Notes: a model not told the origin generated them from the letters alone. A stretch of 64,000 nucleotides of DNA from an uncultured delta proteobacterium (GCA_963810935.1 CAWEPK010000011.1:1-64000); one strand, 5' to 3'; shown: positions 10,587-21,341, numbered from the stretch's first letter. A program made the numbers and translations.

Positions 10587-10798
10587 ACGTCCTCCAGAAA
10601 CAAGATTGTGACCGGTCATCTTCTCCGGCCGCCATTATTGTACCATTTTCAAAAATAATTCCAACAGCGAGCGATTTCGCACACCCTCCTTCTCCGGTAT
10701 CCTCGCCCTTGCGCCGCCTTTTTTTAAATGGGAAAATACTGATTGATAAATCGACGCATATTTCTTACAATCATGCATCCGGGAGAGCGAAAAGAGAA

Positions 10799-12193
10799 AT
10801 GGTAATAACACGATTCGCGCCGAGCCCCACAGGTAACCTGCATATCGGCGGGGCACGCACGGCGATGTTCAACTGGCTTTTTGCGCGCCATCACGGCGGC
10901 AGGTTCATACTCAGAATAGAGGACACGGACAGGGAGCGCTCCAAAGACGAGTACACCAAAGACATCCTGGAGGGGCTCGCGTGGCTGGGCATTAACCACG
11001 ACGGTCCGGTCTTCTACCAGACGGAGAGGACGGCGCTTTATGAGGAGAATGCATACCGCCTTCTCGACCAGGGGCTTGCCTACAGGTGCTACTGCACCCC
11101 GGAGCTTCTGGAAGAGAAGCGCAAGCAGGCCATCGCACAGGGGCGCAAGGCGTCCTACGACAGGACCTGCCGGGATTGCGCACCCAGCGACCCGGACGGC
11201 AGGCCCTTCGTCCTACGGTTTAAGACCCCCCTTACCGGCACCGTCACCTTCGACGACATGGTCCGGGGGACGATCTCTTTCCAGGTAGAGGAGCTCGACG
11301 ACCTTATCATCCTGCGGACCGACGGCACGCCGACGTATAATTTCACGGTCGTTGTCGACGACGCCCTCATGGGCATGACGAATATCCTGCGGGGGGACGA
11401 CCACATTAACAACACGCCCAGGCAGATCCTGCTTTATCGGGCCCTCGGTTTCGATGTGCCCCGGTTCGCCCACGTGCCTTTGATCCACGGCAGGGACCGG
11501 ACGAGACTCTCGAAGAGGCACGGCGCTGCCTCCCTCCTCGAATATCGCGAGGACGGGTTTCTGGCCGAGGCCCTTATGAACTACCTGGCAAGGCTCGGGT
11601 GGGCCTACGGCGACGAGGAGATCTTTTCGGCCTCCGACCTGGTCGCCAAGTTCGATATCGGCAACGTGGGCAAGTCACCCGCCATCTTTGATATGGACAA
11701 GCTCTTATGGCTCAACGGCCACTACATGAAGACCATCGACCCGGCCGATATCGCCGCGAGGCTGGCGCCTTTCATAGAGAAGCTGGGATATCCCGTGGAC
11801 GACAGGGAGCGCCTTTTAAAGATCGTTCTTCTGCTCCGGGACCGGGCGAAGACCTTAAAAGAGATGGCGCAGCAGGCCGAGTTCTTCTTCAGCAGCGAGA
11901 TCTCTTATGAAGAGAAGTCAAGGCAGAAGTACCTCGGCCCCGAGTCAAAGGCTGTCCTTGAGCGCTTTTTAGCCGATTTCAACCGCCTTGCCGTCCTCGA
12001 CGAGGCGGGCCAGAGGCAAATCGTCGAAGGCATAGCGAAAGACCTCGGCAAAAAGATGGTGGACGTCATTCAGCCGGTGCGCGTGGCCCTCTCGGGCAGG
12101 CACGTGACGCCCGGCATCTTCGAAGTCATCGAGATACTGGGGAAAAAGACCGTACAAGAGAGGGTAGCAAGAGCCCTCTCCTCGATTGCATGA
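10799..12193 (+). CDS. gltX: Glutamate--tRNA ligase
   Basis: RFAPSPTG-LHIGG, LRIEDTD, RGDDH, RLSKRHG. Confidence 0.96.
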   Translation: MVITRFAPSPTGNLHIGGARTAMFNWLFARHHGGRFILRIEDTDRERSKDEYTKDILEGLAWLGINHDGPVFYQTERTALYEENAYRLLDQGLAYRCYCTPELLEEKRKQAIAQGRKASYDRTCRDCAPSDPDGRPFVLRFKTPLTGTVTFDDMVRGTISFQVEELDDLIILRTDGTPTYNFTVVVDDALMGMTNILRGDDHINNTPRQILLYRALGFDVPRFAHVPLIHGRDRTRLSKRHGAASLLEYREDGFLAEALMNYLARLGWAYGDEEIFSASDLVAKFDIGNVGKSPAIFDMDKLLWLNGHYMKTIDPADIAARLAPFIEKLGYPVDDRERLLKIVLLLRDRAKTLKEMAQQAEFFFSSEISYEEKSRQKYLGPESKAVLERFLADFNRLAVLDEAGQRQIVEGIAKDLGKKMVDVIQPVRVALSGRHVTPGIFEVIEILGKKTVQERVARALSSIA

Positions 12194-15100
12194 AGCTTAT
12201 CAGCCTCGAAATCGTAGGTTTCAAATCTTTCCTCCATCGCACAACGCTCCGTTTTGACCAGGGCGTGACCTGCATCGTCGGCCCGAACGGCTGCGGCAAG
12301 AGCAACATCGTCGACGCCGTCACCTGGGTGCTCGGCGAGCGCGGCACGAAATCCCTCCGCGTCAAGGAGATGGGCGACGTCATCTTCCACGGCAGCACCG
12401 CGAAGAAACAGGTGAACATGGCGGAAGTGACGATGGGGCTTTTGAACGATGAGAGGGAATACGCGATAAAAAGGCGCATTTACCGGGACGGCACGAACGA
12501 GTACTTCATAAACGGCGATATCGTGAGGCTGAAGGACGTACAGGATTTCTTCCTGGGCACGGGCGTCGGCCTCCATTCGTACGCGATCATCGAGCAGGGC
12601 AACATAGAGTATTTCGCGGCAATGAAGCCCCAGGAGCGGCGGATCGCCATCGAAGAGACAAGCGGCATCACCCGGTTCGAAGAGAAAAAGCGGGACGCCT
12701 TTTCCCGCATGGAAGAGGTCAAGACAAACCTCGACCGCGTCGAGGACCTCTACCGCGAGGTCGGAAGCGGTCTCGAAAAAGCGGAAGAAGAGTCGGCCAG
12801 GCTCCGCATATACAACGGTCTGAAAGAAAACCTGAAGGATTTCGATATCGCTTTCCTCACGGACAACTTCAACAAGTTCTCGAAGAGGTCGTTGAAGCTG
12901 GAGGAAAGGGAGACGATGCTTGCCGCCGAGATTGAATCGAAGCTCGCCCTGCGGCAGTCCATCAGAGAGAAGATGCGCTCCAAGGAAGAGGAGATCGCCC
13001 TGATCGATTCGGTGGCCAGGCAGATGGAGCTTGACATCCAGGGCAAGGAAAAAGACATGGAGGCGCGCCTCCTTGAGATCAAATACCTGGAAGAGGAAAC
13101 GAAGCGCCTGCGGAAAGCGGCCGCCGACCTGCTCAGGGAGATAGAGACGATCGACGCTAGGATTGCAGCGGAGGGCGCGCAAGTCCTGCGCCTTACCGCC
13201 CTGGCGGAGGAAGAAAGGACCGCCCTTCAGGCGAAGGAAGCGGAAGGGGCGGCCTCCGACGCCCAGGTGAAGGCGCGCAGGCTGGAGAGGGAAAGGCTCG
13301 AAAAGGCCGTTGAGGAGCAGAGGACCACGCTTTTCGCCGCCATGACGATGATCACCGAGATAAAGAACCGCATTGCGGAAAAGGAACGGGCCGCCAGAGA
13401 AAAAGAGGCCCGGATACAGAGGAGGCTGGAGGAGGAGAAGCAGCTTGCGGAAAAGCTGCGGCTCCTTGATGCCAAGCTCGCCTCACTCCGGGAGGCCTTG
13501 CAGACCGCCTCATCCGAGAAAGCGCGCCTGGATGTCGAAGAAAAATCTTTGAGCGACCGCTGTGGGGCGCTCGCAAAGGAGATCGCGCAGGCCCGGAACG
13601 ACCTTGAGGGGTTGAAAGGCGTAAAAAGGGGCAAGGAAGATATCTTCCGGCAGATGAAGAGCCTTGGCGAGGCCCAGAAAAAGGAATCGAGCCCGCACAG
13701 CCCCCTTATCAAGATATTGAAGACCTCCGGGGAGACCGAGCAGGTCATGGAGAAGTTTTTCTCCAGAGAGATGGAGTACCACGTGCTGACCGAGCGGGAC
13801 CCGGGCAGCCTTTCGACCATCGCCAAACAATATGGTGATGATTTCATTTTCTTCCCGAAGAACGGCATGTTCACCCTGGCCGGCGAGGAAGCCGACGTCC
13901 GCATCATGAGCGTGGAAAGCCCGGCCGAAGCGTTCAGGCGGATAGACGAGGGCGAGGACGGCCTCTTTCTGTCAGGCAATATGCTGATCGATTCGAGGGG
14001 CCTGGTCCGGAAAGGGCAGGATAAGAGCACGCTGTCTATCCGGGAATTCAGGGAGAAGATGAAGCTCGAATCGGAGCTGGCCGAGATCGAGGAGCAGCTT
14101 AAGGCGAGAAGCGCCATCCTCGGCGAGCAACTGCAATCGCAGAGGGACCTTGAGAAGGCGAGGACAGGGGCGAGCATGCAGGCGAGCGCGCAGGCGGCAG
14201 TGCTTGCCGGCATAGAGCGCGAGGTCATACAAACGGAAGCGGGGGTCAAAACGACCCGCGACCGGCTGGCCGAGGGCGCTCAAGGCCCGGGCCCTGGCAT
14301 GGAGGAAGAGGATACCGTCGTATCCCCCGAGGACGTGCAGGAGAAAGAGAGGCGCGAGGCCGGGAAGACAGAGACTGAGGCGGCCCTCACCGACCTTAGA
14401 AAGGCCCTCGAAGAGGCGAAGGAAGGCGAGCGGGGAGCGGAAGCCGCGTTCCGTGAAATATCGGTAAGTATCGAGAGGGCGCGCAACGAGCTTGCGAAGA
14501 ACGTGGAAGAGGCGGAGAGGAAGAAGAAGGCCGCCGCCGCCCTTGAAAATGAGAAGACCGCCAGACAGCGCAAGGCGGAAGAGACGGAGCAGGACCTCAA
14601 GAATACGGTCGCGAAATCCGAAGGCCTCGAGGAGGCCATCGTAGCCATGCGGGAGGACCGCGACACGGCGGCCGTCCGCTATGAAGAGATGAAAGGGCGC
14701 CTCGGCGACACTCACGCGGAAAAGGCAGGCCTCGAAGAGGAGCTGCGCGTCGCAGGTGAGGAGTACGACAAGACAAGGACAAAGAAAGAGGGCGTCGAGA
14801 AGGAGCGGATCGTTATCCAGGAGAAGATAGACGCAGTCCGCAAAAGGCTGCTCGACGAATACGGCGTTGAAGAGCCGGCGGAAATGCCGGCCCAGGCGGT
14901 CAAGGACGAGTCCGAGCGGGAGCGCATCCTCAAGGAGATACAGGCCCTGGGCGAGGTCAATTTCAGGGCCGGAAAGGAGGCCGCTGCGCTAAAGGAAAGG
15001 CTCGAGTTCCTCGGCAAGCAAAAGGAAGACCTCGTCGTCGCCATGGAATCGCTCAAAAAAACCATTTCGAAGATCGACTCCGTCTCACGGGAGCTTTTCC

Positions 15101-15525
15101 TTGAGACCTTCGAGCGCGTGAACGAGGCGTTCAAGGGCTTCACCAACACCCTATTCAAGGGCGGGCAGGGCACCCTCATGCTCAATTCCGAGACGAACGG
15201 GGTGGACCTCTACGTGCAGCCGCCCGGGAAGAAGGTGATACGGATGGAGCTTCTTTCAGGCGGGGAAAAGGCGCTCATATCCCTCGCCTTCCTGCTTTCT
15301 TTGATGGACACGAAGCCGTCACCCTTCACGCTGATGGACGAGATCGACGCGCCGCTCGACGACGCGAACCTCCTGGCCCTGCTGGACGTCGTGAAGATCA
15401 TGAGCAAGAAAACGCAGGCGATAATCATCACCCACAACCGGCTTACCATGGAATCGTCGAACGCCATCTACGGCATCACCATGGAAGACGAAGGCGTCTC
15501 CAAGACCATTTCCATAAGACTCTAA
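12190..15525 (+). CDS. smc: Chromosome segregation protein SMC
   Basis: GFKSF, GPNGCGKSN, IIEQG, long coiled coils, LSGGEK, MDEIDAPLDDAN, IITHN. Confidence 0.92.
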   Translation: MKLISLEIVGFKSFLHRTTLRFDQGVTCIVGPNGCGKSNIVDAVTWVLGERGTKSLRVKEMGDVIFHGSTAKKQVNMAEVTMGLLNDEREYAIKRRIYRDGTNEYFINGDIVRLKDVQDFFLGTGVGLHSYAIIEQGNIEYFAAMKPQERRIAIEETSGITRFEEKKRDAFSRMEEVKTNLDRVEDLYREVGSGLEKAEEESARLRIYNGLKENLKDFDIAFLTDNFNKFSKRSLKLEERETMLAAEIESKLALRQSIREKMRSKEEEIALIDSVARQMELDIQGKEKDMEARLLEIKYLEEETKRLRKAAADLLREIETIDARIAAEGAQVLRLTALAEEERTALQAKEAEGAASDAQVKARRLERERLEKAVEEQRTTLFAAMTMITEIKNRIAEKERAAREKEARIQRRLEEEKQLAEKLRLLDAKLASLREALQTASSEKARLDVEEKSLSDRCGALAKEIAQARNDLEGLKGVKRGKEDIFRQMKSLGEAQKKESSPHSPLIKILKTSGETEQVMEKFFSREMEYHVLTERDPGSLSTIAKQYGDDFIFFPKNGMFTLAGEEADVRIMSVESPAEAFRRIDEGEDGLFLSGNMLIDSRGLVRKGQDKSTLSIREFREKMKLESELAEIEEQLKARSAILGEQLQSQRDLEKARTGASMQASAQAAVLAGIEREVIQTEAGVKTTRDRLAEGAQGPGPGMEEEDTVVSPEDVQEKERREAGKTETEAALTDLRKALEEAKEGERGAEAAFREISVSIERARNELAKNVEEAERKKKAAAALENEKTARQRKAEETEQDLKNTVAKSEGLEEAIVAMREDRDTAAVRYEEMKGRLGDTHAEKAGLEEELRVAGEEYDKTRTKKEGVEKERIVIQEKIDAVRKRLLDEYGVEEPAEMPAQAVKDESERERILKEIQALGEVNFRAGKEAAALKERLEFLGKQKEDLVVAMESLKKTISKIDSVSRELFLETFERVNEAFKGFTNTLFKGGQGTLMLNSETNGVDLYVQPPGKKVIRMELLSGGEKALISLAFLLSLMDTKPSPFTLMDEIDAPLDDANLLALLDVVKIMSKKTQAIIITHNRLTMESSNAIYGITMEDEGVSKTISIRL

Positions 15526-15541
15526 GCCCTGGCCAATCGGC

Positions 15542-17128
15542 TCACCGGGACGTCTGCTTAAGGGAATCGACGGACGCCGGATAGTAATCCACAGAGAATG
15601 GCCTGCCCTCCCCCTGGAAACTCAGACATGAATTCTTCAGCCACAGACCGTTATCTTCGGCCGGGTAATCGCTGCGGTTGAAACACCCCCTGCTCTCGTT
15701 ACGGGCCAGGCCGGCGGCGATGACCGCTTTCAGCGTGAAGCAGGCGCTGAGAAGGTCTTCCTTCATCAGCCTGTCGCCCATGTCGCCGGAGGAGGCCGCC
15801 GCGATACGCTCTCTCAATATGGCGACTTCGGCCAGCGCCTCTTCAATGCCGGTCCTGTCCCGCACCACTCCGGCCTTTTCCCAGGCAAGCTTCCTGAGCA
15901 GGCCGCGGAGATCCCTCAGTGTTCCGGGTAAGGAAGGCGCGGGATAGCCGGGCATCCCATGTTTCTCCACCGTGAAACCACTTTCCCCTGCTGCCCCGGC
16001 GGCTGCCCTGCCCGTTGCGAGCCCTAGAACCACGCATTCAGTGAGTGCGTTTCCCGCGCGCCTGTTGGCTCCATGGAGTCCCCAGACGACCTCCCCGCAC
16101 GCGAAGAGACCGGGAACGGCCGTGCGGCCGGCCTCATCGACGCGCACGCCGCCGTTGAAGAAATGTGCGCCGGGAAGGATGCGCGCCGGCCTGTTTTTGA
16201 AATCGAACCTGACGGCGGATAGCAAGGCAAGAGGATGGACGCCCCAGGCCGAATCGGCCGCCTTGCGGTAGTCTATATAGACAGGACCTGTCCTCGACTC
16301 TTTGAAGAGGCATATAGAAAGATAATCCCTTCTTTTTCTTACGGTCTCGTTGAGCGGGCCGATGTCGTACTTTTCGACCAGGTCCTCCCCTGCCTCGTTG
16401 ACGATGGTGGTGCCGGCCGGATATGGTGAGAAAAGGAGTATCCGGGGCGTGGACGGCTCCGCCAGCACTACTGGTATGAACTGGACGAACTCCATGTCCC
16501 ACAACTGTGTCCCGGCAGCGGCCGCCAGGCGGTAGCCCTGCCCCATCATGGTCCTCTGGTTGTCGTGCATCTCGTAGATGGCGCCCGCGCCGCCGGTAGC
16601 CAGCACTACGGCGGAGGCATAAATCGATACATCGTTGCCGTGGGCATCGAACCCCCTTACCCCGCAGACCCGCCCGCCATCCTTTATCAGCTCCATCACA
16701 TAGAACCCGCCCACGAACTCGATGCCTGCCGTGCGCCTCACCGCCTCCGCGACCTTTTTCACCAGTACGATGCCGGGGATGATCTCCGGTCGCGGGGTCC
16801 GGACCATGTAATAGGACGTGCCCGCCTCGTCGAGTATTATTCCCAATGACTTGAGCAGGCCGAAGGAGGCCGGAGCTTCCTTCGCAGTCATCTTCACCAT
16901 CGGCTCATAGTTGAGCAGCCTGCCGCTTTTCAGGGTATCCGCTATATAATCTTCCGCGCTATACCCGGAAAACGGGCCCGAGAAACACCCGTTTGCAAGA
17001 GCCGAATTGGTGCCGATGCCCATCGACCCTCTATCGATCAGCATCACGTCGGCATCTTTTTCACACGCTGCCATCGACGCTACCATACCCGCGAGACCGC
17101 TGCCTACGACGATCACCGAATTCTTCAT
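15542..17128 (-). CDS. FAD-dependent oxidoreductase, SdhA/FrdA/NadB family
   Basis: VVGSGLAG, LATGGAG, DMEFVQF, HFFNGG, GLFACGEV, GLHGANR-AGNAL, RNESRG..RSDYP. Confidence 0.85.
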   Translation of the reverse strand: MKNSVIVVGSGLAGMVASMAACEKDADVMLIDRGSMGIGTNSALANGCFSGPFSGYSAEDYIADTLKSGRLLNYEPMVKMTAKEAPASFGLLKSLGIILDEAGTSYYMVRTPRPEIIPGIVLVKKVAEAVRRTAGIEFVGGFYVMELIKDGGRVCGVRGFDAHGNDVSIYASAVVLATGGAGAIYEMHDNQRTMMGQGYRLAAAAGTQLWDMEFVQFIPVVLAEPSTPRILLFSPYPAGTTIVNEAGEDLVEKYDIGPLNETVRKRRDYLSICLFKESRTGPVYIDYRKAADSAWGVHPLALLSAVRFDFKNRPARILPGAHFFNGGVRVDEAGRTAVPGLFACGEVVWGLHGANRRAGNALTECVVLGLATGRAAAGAAGESGFTVEKHGMPGYPAPSLPGTLRDLRGLLRKLAWEKAGVVRDRTGIEEALAEVAILRERIAAASSGDMGDRLMKEDLLSACFTLKAVIAAGLARNESRGCFNRSDYPAEDNGLWLKNSCLSFQGEGRPFSVDYYPASVDSLKQTSR

Positions 17129-17167
17129 CGATGCCCTCCCGCGCTTTATTCCTGCCTGTCGATTGAG

Positions 17168-18436
17168 CTACCCGGCTTCGGGTCCTTTTTGCGGCGATAG
17201 TCTGTATTCTGCCCCCGGGGCCGGGTCAGCCGGCGGCTTGTCCTTTGCTTTTTGGAGCAACGGCACGATAAGCGTAGCGCCTGCGATAACCATAATCTTG
17301 CCGTAAAGGATAGAGACCACCACGGCAAGAGGATCGAAATGCCTGAGGGCAAGCACCAGGGTGACCGCCGCGTTCGTTGTGCCTATCTCAAAGCATGCAG
17401 CCTTCCGCTGTTTCAGGTTGAACCCCAGGTGCTTCGGGGCAAACCAGCCTATTGCATACCCTACCAGAACGAATACCCCGACCCCTACGGCGAGATAGGG
17501 CAGCACGTAGAGGTGCTTGATGAGCGTGGCGGCGCCTTTCGACATGGTTCCCATCATGATGAAGCCCAAAGCTATGACCGCACACGGGCCGAGGGCCGGC
17601 TTGAAGCGCGCCAACTGCTTGACGAAGATCGATCCAAGCAGGCTGCCGAGCACTACCGGCGCAAGCACGATCTCCAGAAGGTCCACGATGACCTTTCCCA
17701 GCTCCATATGGGCCATACTACCGACAAATAACAAGGTGATGACGGGAAGCACAAAGGGGGTCAACAGTGTGTTCAGGCCCGTGACCGTGACGGACATCGC
17801 AAGGTCCCCATCCGCGATCATCGTGAGGGCATTTGACGTGGTTCCTGTCGGCCCTGCACCCACAATAATCAGGCCGATAGTTAGGTTCCTTGCAGTAACC
17901 GGATCAGGAATGAGCCTGATGAATGCAAAGTAAGCAATCACATAAGCGGCGATGGGCAGGCATATCCAACGTATCAGCACGGTCATGCCGATGACCCGCG
18001 GGCTCTTCGCGATCCGCTTCCAGTCCGAGCCGTCTATTGCAAGGCCCATGACGAAGAGGGATATCATCAGAAAAACGGCGTTGCCCTTAGCGATGAAGCT
18101 CTTCTCGACGGTAAAGTAGAAGAGGTAGCCGAAGAGCACTGCAAGGGTGAGCAGAAGGGACGAGTAAGCCCCGATGAAGGCACACGCCTTTATCCACGTG
18201 GCAGCCGTTTTCGGGGCTTTCCCGCCTTTCAAAAAGGCCAGGTAGCTGCAATAAATGCTTATAATCCAGAGTAGTATGGTAAGACAGCTTATGTAAGGTT
18301 TTGCGGTGAGCGACATGCCGACAAACCGCGAGCCGATGAAGACGATGAGAAAACCGGCCAACGCCAAACCATTGGCGACTAGTTTCATCCGTTTTTCGCC
18401 GGATGTGTTGCGACGACCTTCCGTAAGACCTTCCAT
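17168..18436 (-). CDS. Bile acid:sodium symporter (BASS) family transporter with extra N-terminal TM helices
   Basis: LFVMGL, PTGTTSNALT-IADGDLAMSV, FEIGTTNA motifs. Confidence 0.85.
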   Translation of the reverse strand: MEGLTEGRRNTSGEKRMKLVANGLALAGFLIVFIGSRFVGMSLTAKPYISCLTILLWIISIYCSYLAFLKGGKAPKTAATWIKACAFIGAYSSLLLTLAVLFGYLFYFTVEKSFIAKGNAVFLMISLFVMGLAIDGSDWKRIAKSPRVIGMTVLIRWICLPIAAYVIAYFAFIRLIPDPVTARNLTIGLIIVGAGPTGTTSNALTMIADGDLAMSVTVTGLNTLLTPFVLPVITLLFVGSMAHMELGKVIVDLLEIVLAPVVLGSLLGSIFVKQLARFKPALGPCAVIALGFIMMGTMSKGAATLIKHLYVLPYLAVGVGVFVLVGYAIGWFAPKHLGFNLKQRKAACFEIGTTNAAVTLVLALRHFDPLAVVVSILYGKIMVIAGATLIVPLLQKAKDKPPADPAPGAEYRLSPQKGPEAG

Positions 18437-18559
18437 AACACCCCCCCATGTCTTACCTTTCAACCGGAATAAATGCTTATCTTCTGTCGGATAGACCCCC
18501 CCTTATCTTTCTTCGTTCCCGTCACAGCCGGTGCCCGGACAACGGGGACGCGCCGATGC

Positions 18560-19885
18560 TCATTTTCTCAGGTCGATAATGCGCTTGTACTTGGTCCGCT
18601 TTTCAGTATCGACCATGGACTTAACGGCGCCCTTGGGCAGTGCCTCCACCTCGCAACGCATACCCAGCGCTCCGTAGAGATCTTTTGTAAGCCCCTCGCA
18701 ACACTTCGCGCGCTCGGTCTCCTCACCCAAGAATTCGACGAGCACCTTTACGAGCTCCCGGTGTCCCTCCTTCCACACCTTAATCAGGTACTCTCCGCCG
18801 AAGAACCCGGATTTCCTTATCGACGGCTCGAAATCCGTCGGATATACCGCAACCCCTTTCACCTTTATCATGTCATCGACACGGCCGTGGACCGGGGCCA
18901 TGCGGCTTAGCGTCCGGCCGCACGCGCACGGCTCCGTTATGAGAGAGGTTATATCGCCGATCCGGTATCGTATGAGGGGCGCCGCCTCCTTTAGAAGGGT
19001 TGTCACGACAAGCTCCCCTTCAGCGCCTGCGGGCGCAGGTTTTCCCGTCTCGTGATCGATCACCTCGAATATGTAAGCGTCTTCGTTCAGGTGCAGCCCT
19101 TTCTGCTCTTCGCACTCCCACGTCGGCGCGCCTGTCTCGACGCTGCCCCAGTTGTTGTACGCCTTGCAGCCCCATGACTCCTCTATTTCCGCCCGCATAT
19201 CTTCGGTAAGCGGCTCGGCAGTGTGAAAGCCGACGCGTATCTTAAAGTCTTTCCGCGGGTCGAACCCCATCTCTCTGGCTACTTCGGCCAGATGGAGCAT
19301 ATACGAGCCGGTGCAGCCGATTATCGTCGTCCCCCAGTCATGGGCTATCTGCAACTGTCTTTCGGAAGACGTGACTGCGCCGCTGCCGGTCGGCACGACC
19401 AGAGAGCCGAGCTTCATGGCGCCTTCGGTGGACGTGAAGCCCACGATGAATAGCGTGTAAGCAAAAGAAATCTGGACGATATCCTTCGGCCCCATACCCT
19501 GGGCGCGCAAGCGGCGTGCCCAGAGGGAGCCTATGTTCTCCCAGTCGTTGCGCGTGTGAAAGATCGCCTTCGGTTTTCCCGTGCTGCCCGTAGAGGATTG
19601 CACCCTGATGGCGGGAAAATCGCCCTGATAGTCCCCGAAAGGGGGATAAAGCTCGATGCTTTCCGAAATATCCTTTTTCGTTACGAACGGTATGCTGCCT
19701 ACATCGTCAATGCCTTTTATGTCGTGTGGAGTGAAGCCGGTCTTGCCCCACATCCTTCGATAAAAGGGGATCTTCTCCCACGCCCTTTTCAATAGGGCCT
19801 TGAGTCTTTCCTCTTGAACGGCGGCAAGCTCATCGCGGCTCATCGTCTCCCACTTCGGATCCATCGGCACAGCATAGGTTTGCAT
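18560..19885 (-). CDS. Phenylacetate--CoA ligase (PaaK)-family aryl-CoA ligase
   Basis: PFVTK, SSTGSTGKPK, TAEPL, WGSVE, LIRYRIGD, GRVDDMIKVKGV. Confidence 0.9.
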   Translation of the reverse strand: MQTYAVPMDPKWETMSRDELAAVQEERLKALLKRAWEKIPFYRRMWGKTGFTPHDIKGIDDVGSIPFVTKKDISESIELYPPFGDYQGDFPAIRVQSSTGSTGKPKAIFHTRNDWENIGSLWARRLRAQGMGPKDIVQISFAYTLFIVGFTSTEGAMKLGSLVVPTGSGAVTSSERQLQIAHDWGTTIIGCTGSYMLHLAEVAREMGFDPRKDFKIRVGFHTAEPLTEDMRAEIEESWGCKAYNNWGSVETGAPTWECEEQKGLHLNEDAYIFEVIDHETGKPAPAGAEGELVVTTLLKEAAPLIRYRIGDITSLITEPCACGRTLSRMAPVHGRVDDMIKVKGVAVYPTDFEPSIRKSGFFGGEYLIKVWKEGHRELVKVLVEFLGEETERAKCCEGLTKDLYGALGMRCEVEALPKGAVKSMVDTEKRTKYKRIIDLRK

Positions 19886-19895
19886 ATCCGGCCCC

Positions 19896-21341
19896 CTATT
19901 TGGTGTACTCTTCCCATTTGTCCCGAACGAGCTTCAGAGCGTCGAGGTCCGGCAGCACCCTGTCGGGGGTGGCGCGCCTCCCTTCATCCTCCATCTTTCT
20001 CGTCGCGTCGATGCCTATCTTCCCGCACCAGGCAAACTCCGTAAAGCCCTGGCCGTGTCCCATGTCCTTCGCCTCATACCTTCTGCGCGCCGAAGGACTC
20101 AACGGGTAGACGCCCTGGCCGGGGAAGACGATTACATCCAACTCCGGGTCCACCCGCGTGGCTTCCGCGAAAAAGACTTCGTCGGCGTTGAAAATGTCGA
20201 TGTCTTCATCTACCACGGTCACCCAGTTTACGCTTGAACATCCGTATCCTGCCGATAACGTTGCATATATGGCCTGTTTCGCCCAACCCGGATATCTTTT
20301 CTGGATCTGGACGACCGCTTTGTAACCCCTGCCTTGGATGGGCAGGTAACAGTCCCTGAAGCCGATGACGTTGTTCCGCAGCACGTTGTAAAGGTTGCTC
20401 TGTATGGGCAGGTAGCGGAACACCTCCCCCTCGCCGTACTGGTGGCCCATCGAACCCGTTACGTAAAGCGGGTTTTCCCGGTGGGTGATGCAGGTGACGT
20501 GGAACGTGGGAGTGACCATCGATTCTTCGTAATAACCCATCCATTCGCCGTACGGCCCTTCCTGAAGCGGCTCGTCGTGGTGGAGGCGCCCCTCGATGAC
20601 GATCTCCGCCTCGGCGGGCACATCGACGTCGATCGTCTCGCAGCGCACCAGCTTGTCGGGCTCGCCGGTCAGCGCGCCGGACAGGTCGTACTCATCCTCC
20701 GTGACTGCGCCCATCTTCGTCGTCGAGGCGCAGTATTGGCCCGGCGACATGCCGATTACGACGGCCACTTCCAGGTAGCGCTCGCCTCTGTCGCGGGCGC
20801 GGGCGAGGTGAATGCCGATGTCCTGCATGGAGAGCGCCATGATGCCCGTCGTATTCTTGTTGATGACGTGGACCCTGTACATGCCGATATTCCTTCCGAG
20901 CTGCGGGTCTTTGCTGATCGTCCCGTTCAGGGTGATGTAGGGACCGCCGTCGAAAGGCGCCCACTTGATGATGGGGAACTTGGTGAGGTCCACTTGGTCG
21001 CCTTTCAGTATGACCTCTTTGCACGGGCCGGTTTCGACCATCACGGGCTTTATCCACTTATCTTTGTGTCTCATGGTCTTTGCGTAATAGTCCCTGATGT
21101 CCCTTGGGGTTGAGCCTTCGGGAAGGCCCAGGGCAAGGGCCATCCTCGAGAACTCTCCGAAAAGGTTGGCCACCATCGGTACCTTACACCCGTCAACGCT
21201 CTCAAACCAGACGGCCGGACCTTTGCGCTCGTTCATCTCCCATACGATGGCTGCTGCCTCCTGGCCGTTTACGGGACGGCTCACTCTCAGGATTTGACCT
21301 TTCTTATCGAGAAGCTCTATGAAATTTCTGATCGACGCCAT
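19896..21341 (-). CDS. UbiD-family prFMN-dependent (de)carboxylase
   Basis: DGGPYIT, NIGMYR, VPAEAEIVIEG, EGPYGEWMGYY, VVDEDIDIF, KIGIDAT; AAGGAGG SD (start ATG 21341 or TTG 21344). Confidence 0.93.
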   Translation of the reverse strand: MASIRNFIELLDKKGQILRVSRPVNGQEAAAIVWEMNERKGPAVWFESVDGCKVPMVANLFGEFSRMALALGLPEGSTPRDIRDYYAKTMRHKDKWIKPVMVETGPCKEVILKGDQVDLTKFPIIKWAPFDGGPYITLNGTISKDPQLGRNIGMYRVHVINKNTTGIMALSMQDIGIHLARARDRGERYLEVAVVIGMSPGQYCASTTKMGAVTEDEYDLSGALTGEPDKLVRCETIDVDVPAEAEIVIEGRLHHDEPLQEGPYGEWMGYYEESMVTPTFHVTCITHRENPLYVTGSMGHQYGEGEVFRYLPIQSNLYNVLRNNVIGFRDCYLPIQGRGYKAVVQIQKRYPGWAKQAIYATLSAGYGCSSVNWVTVVDEDIDIFNADEVFFAEATRVDPELDVIVFPGQGVYPLSPSARRRYEAKDMGHGQGFTEFAWCGKIGIDATRKMEDEGRRATPDRVLPDLDALKLVRDKWEEYTK

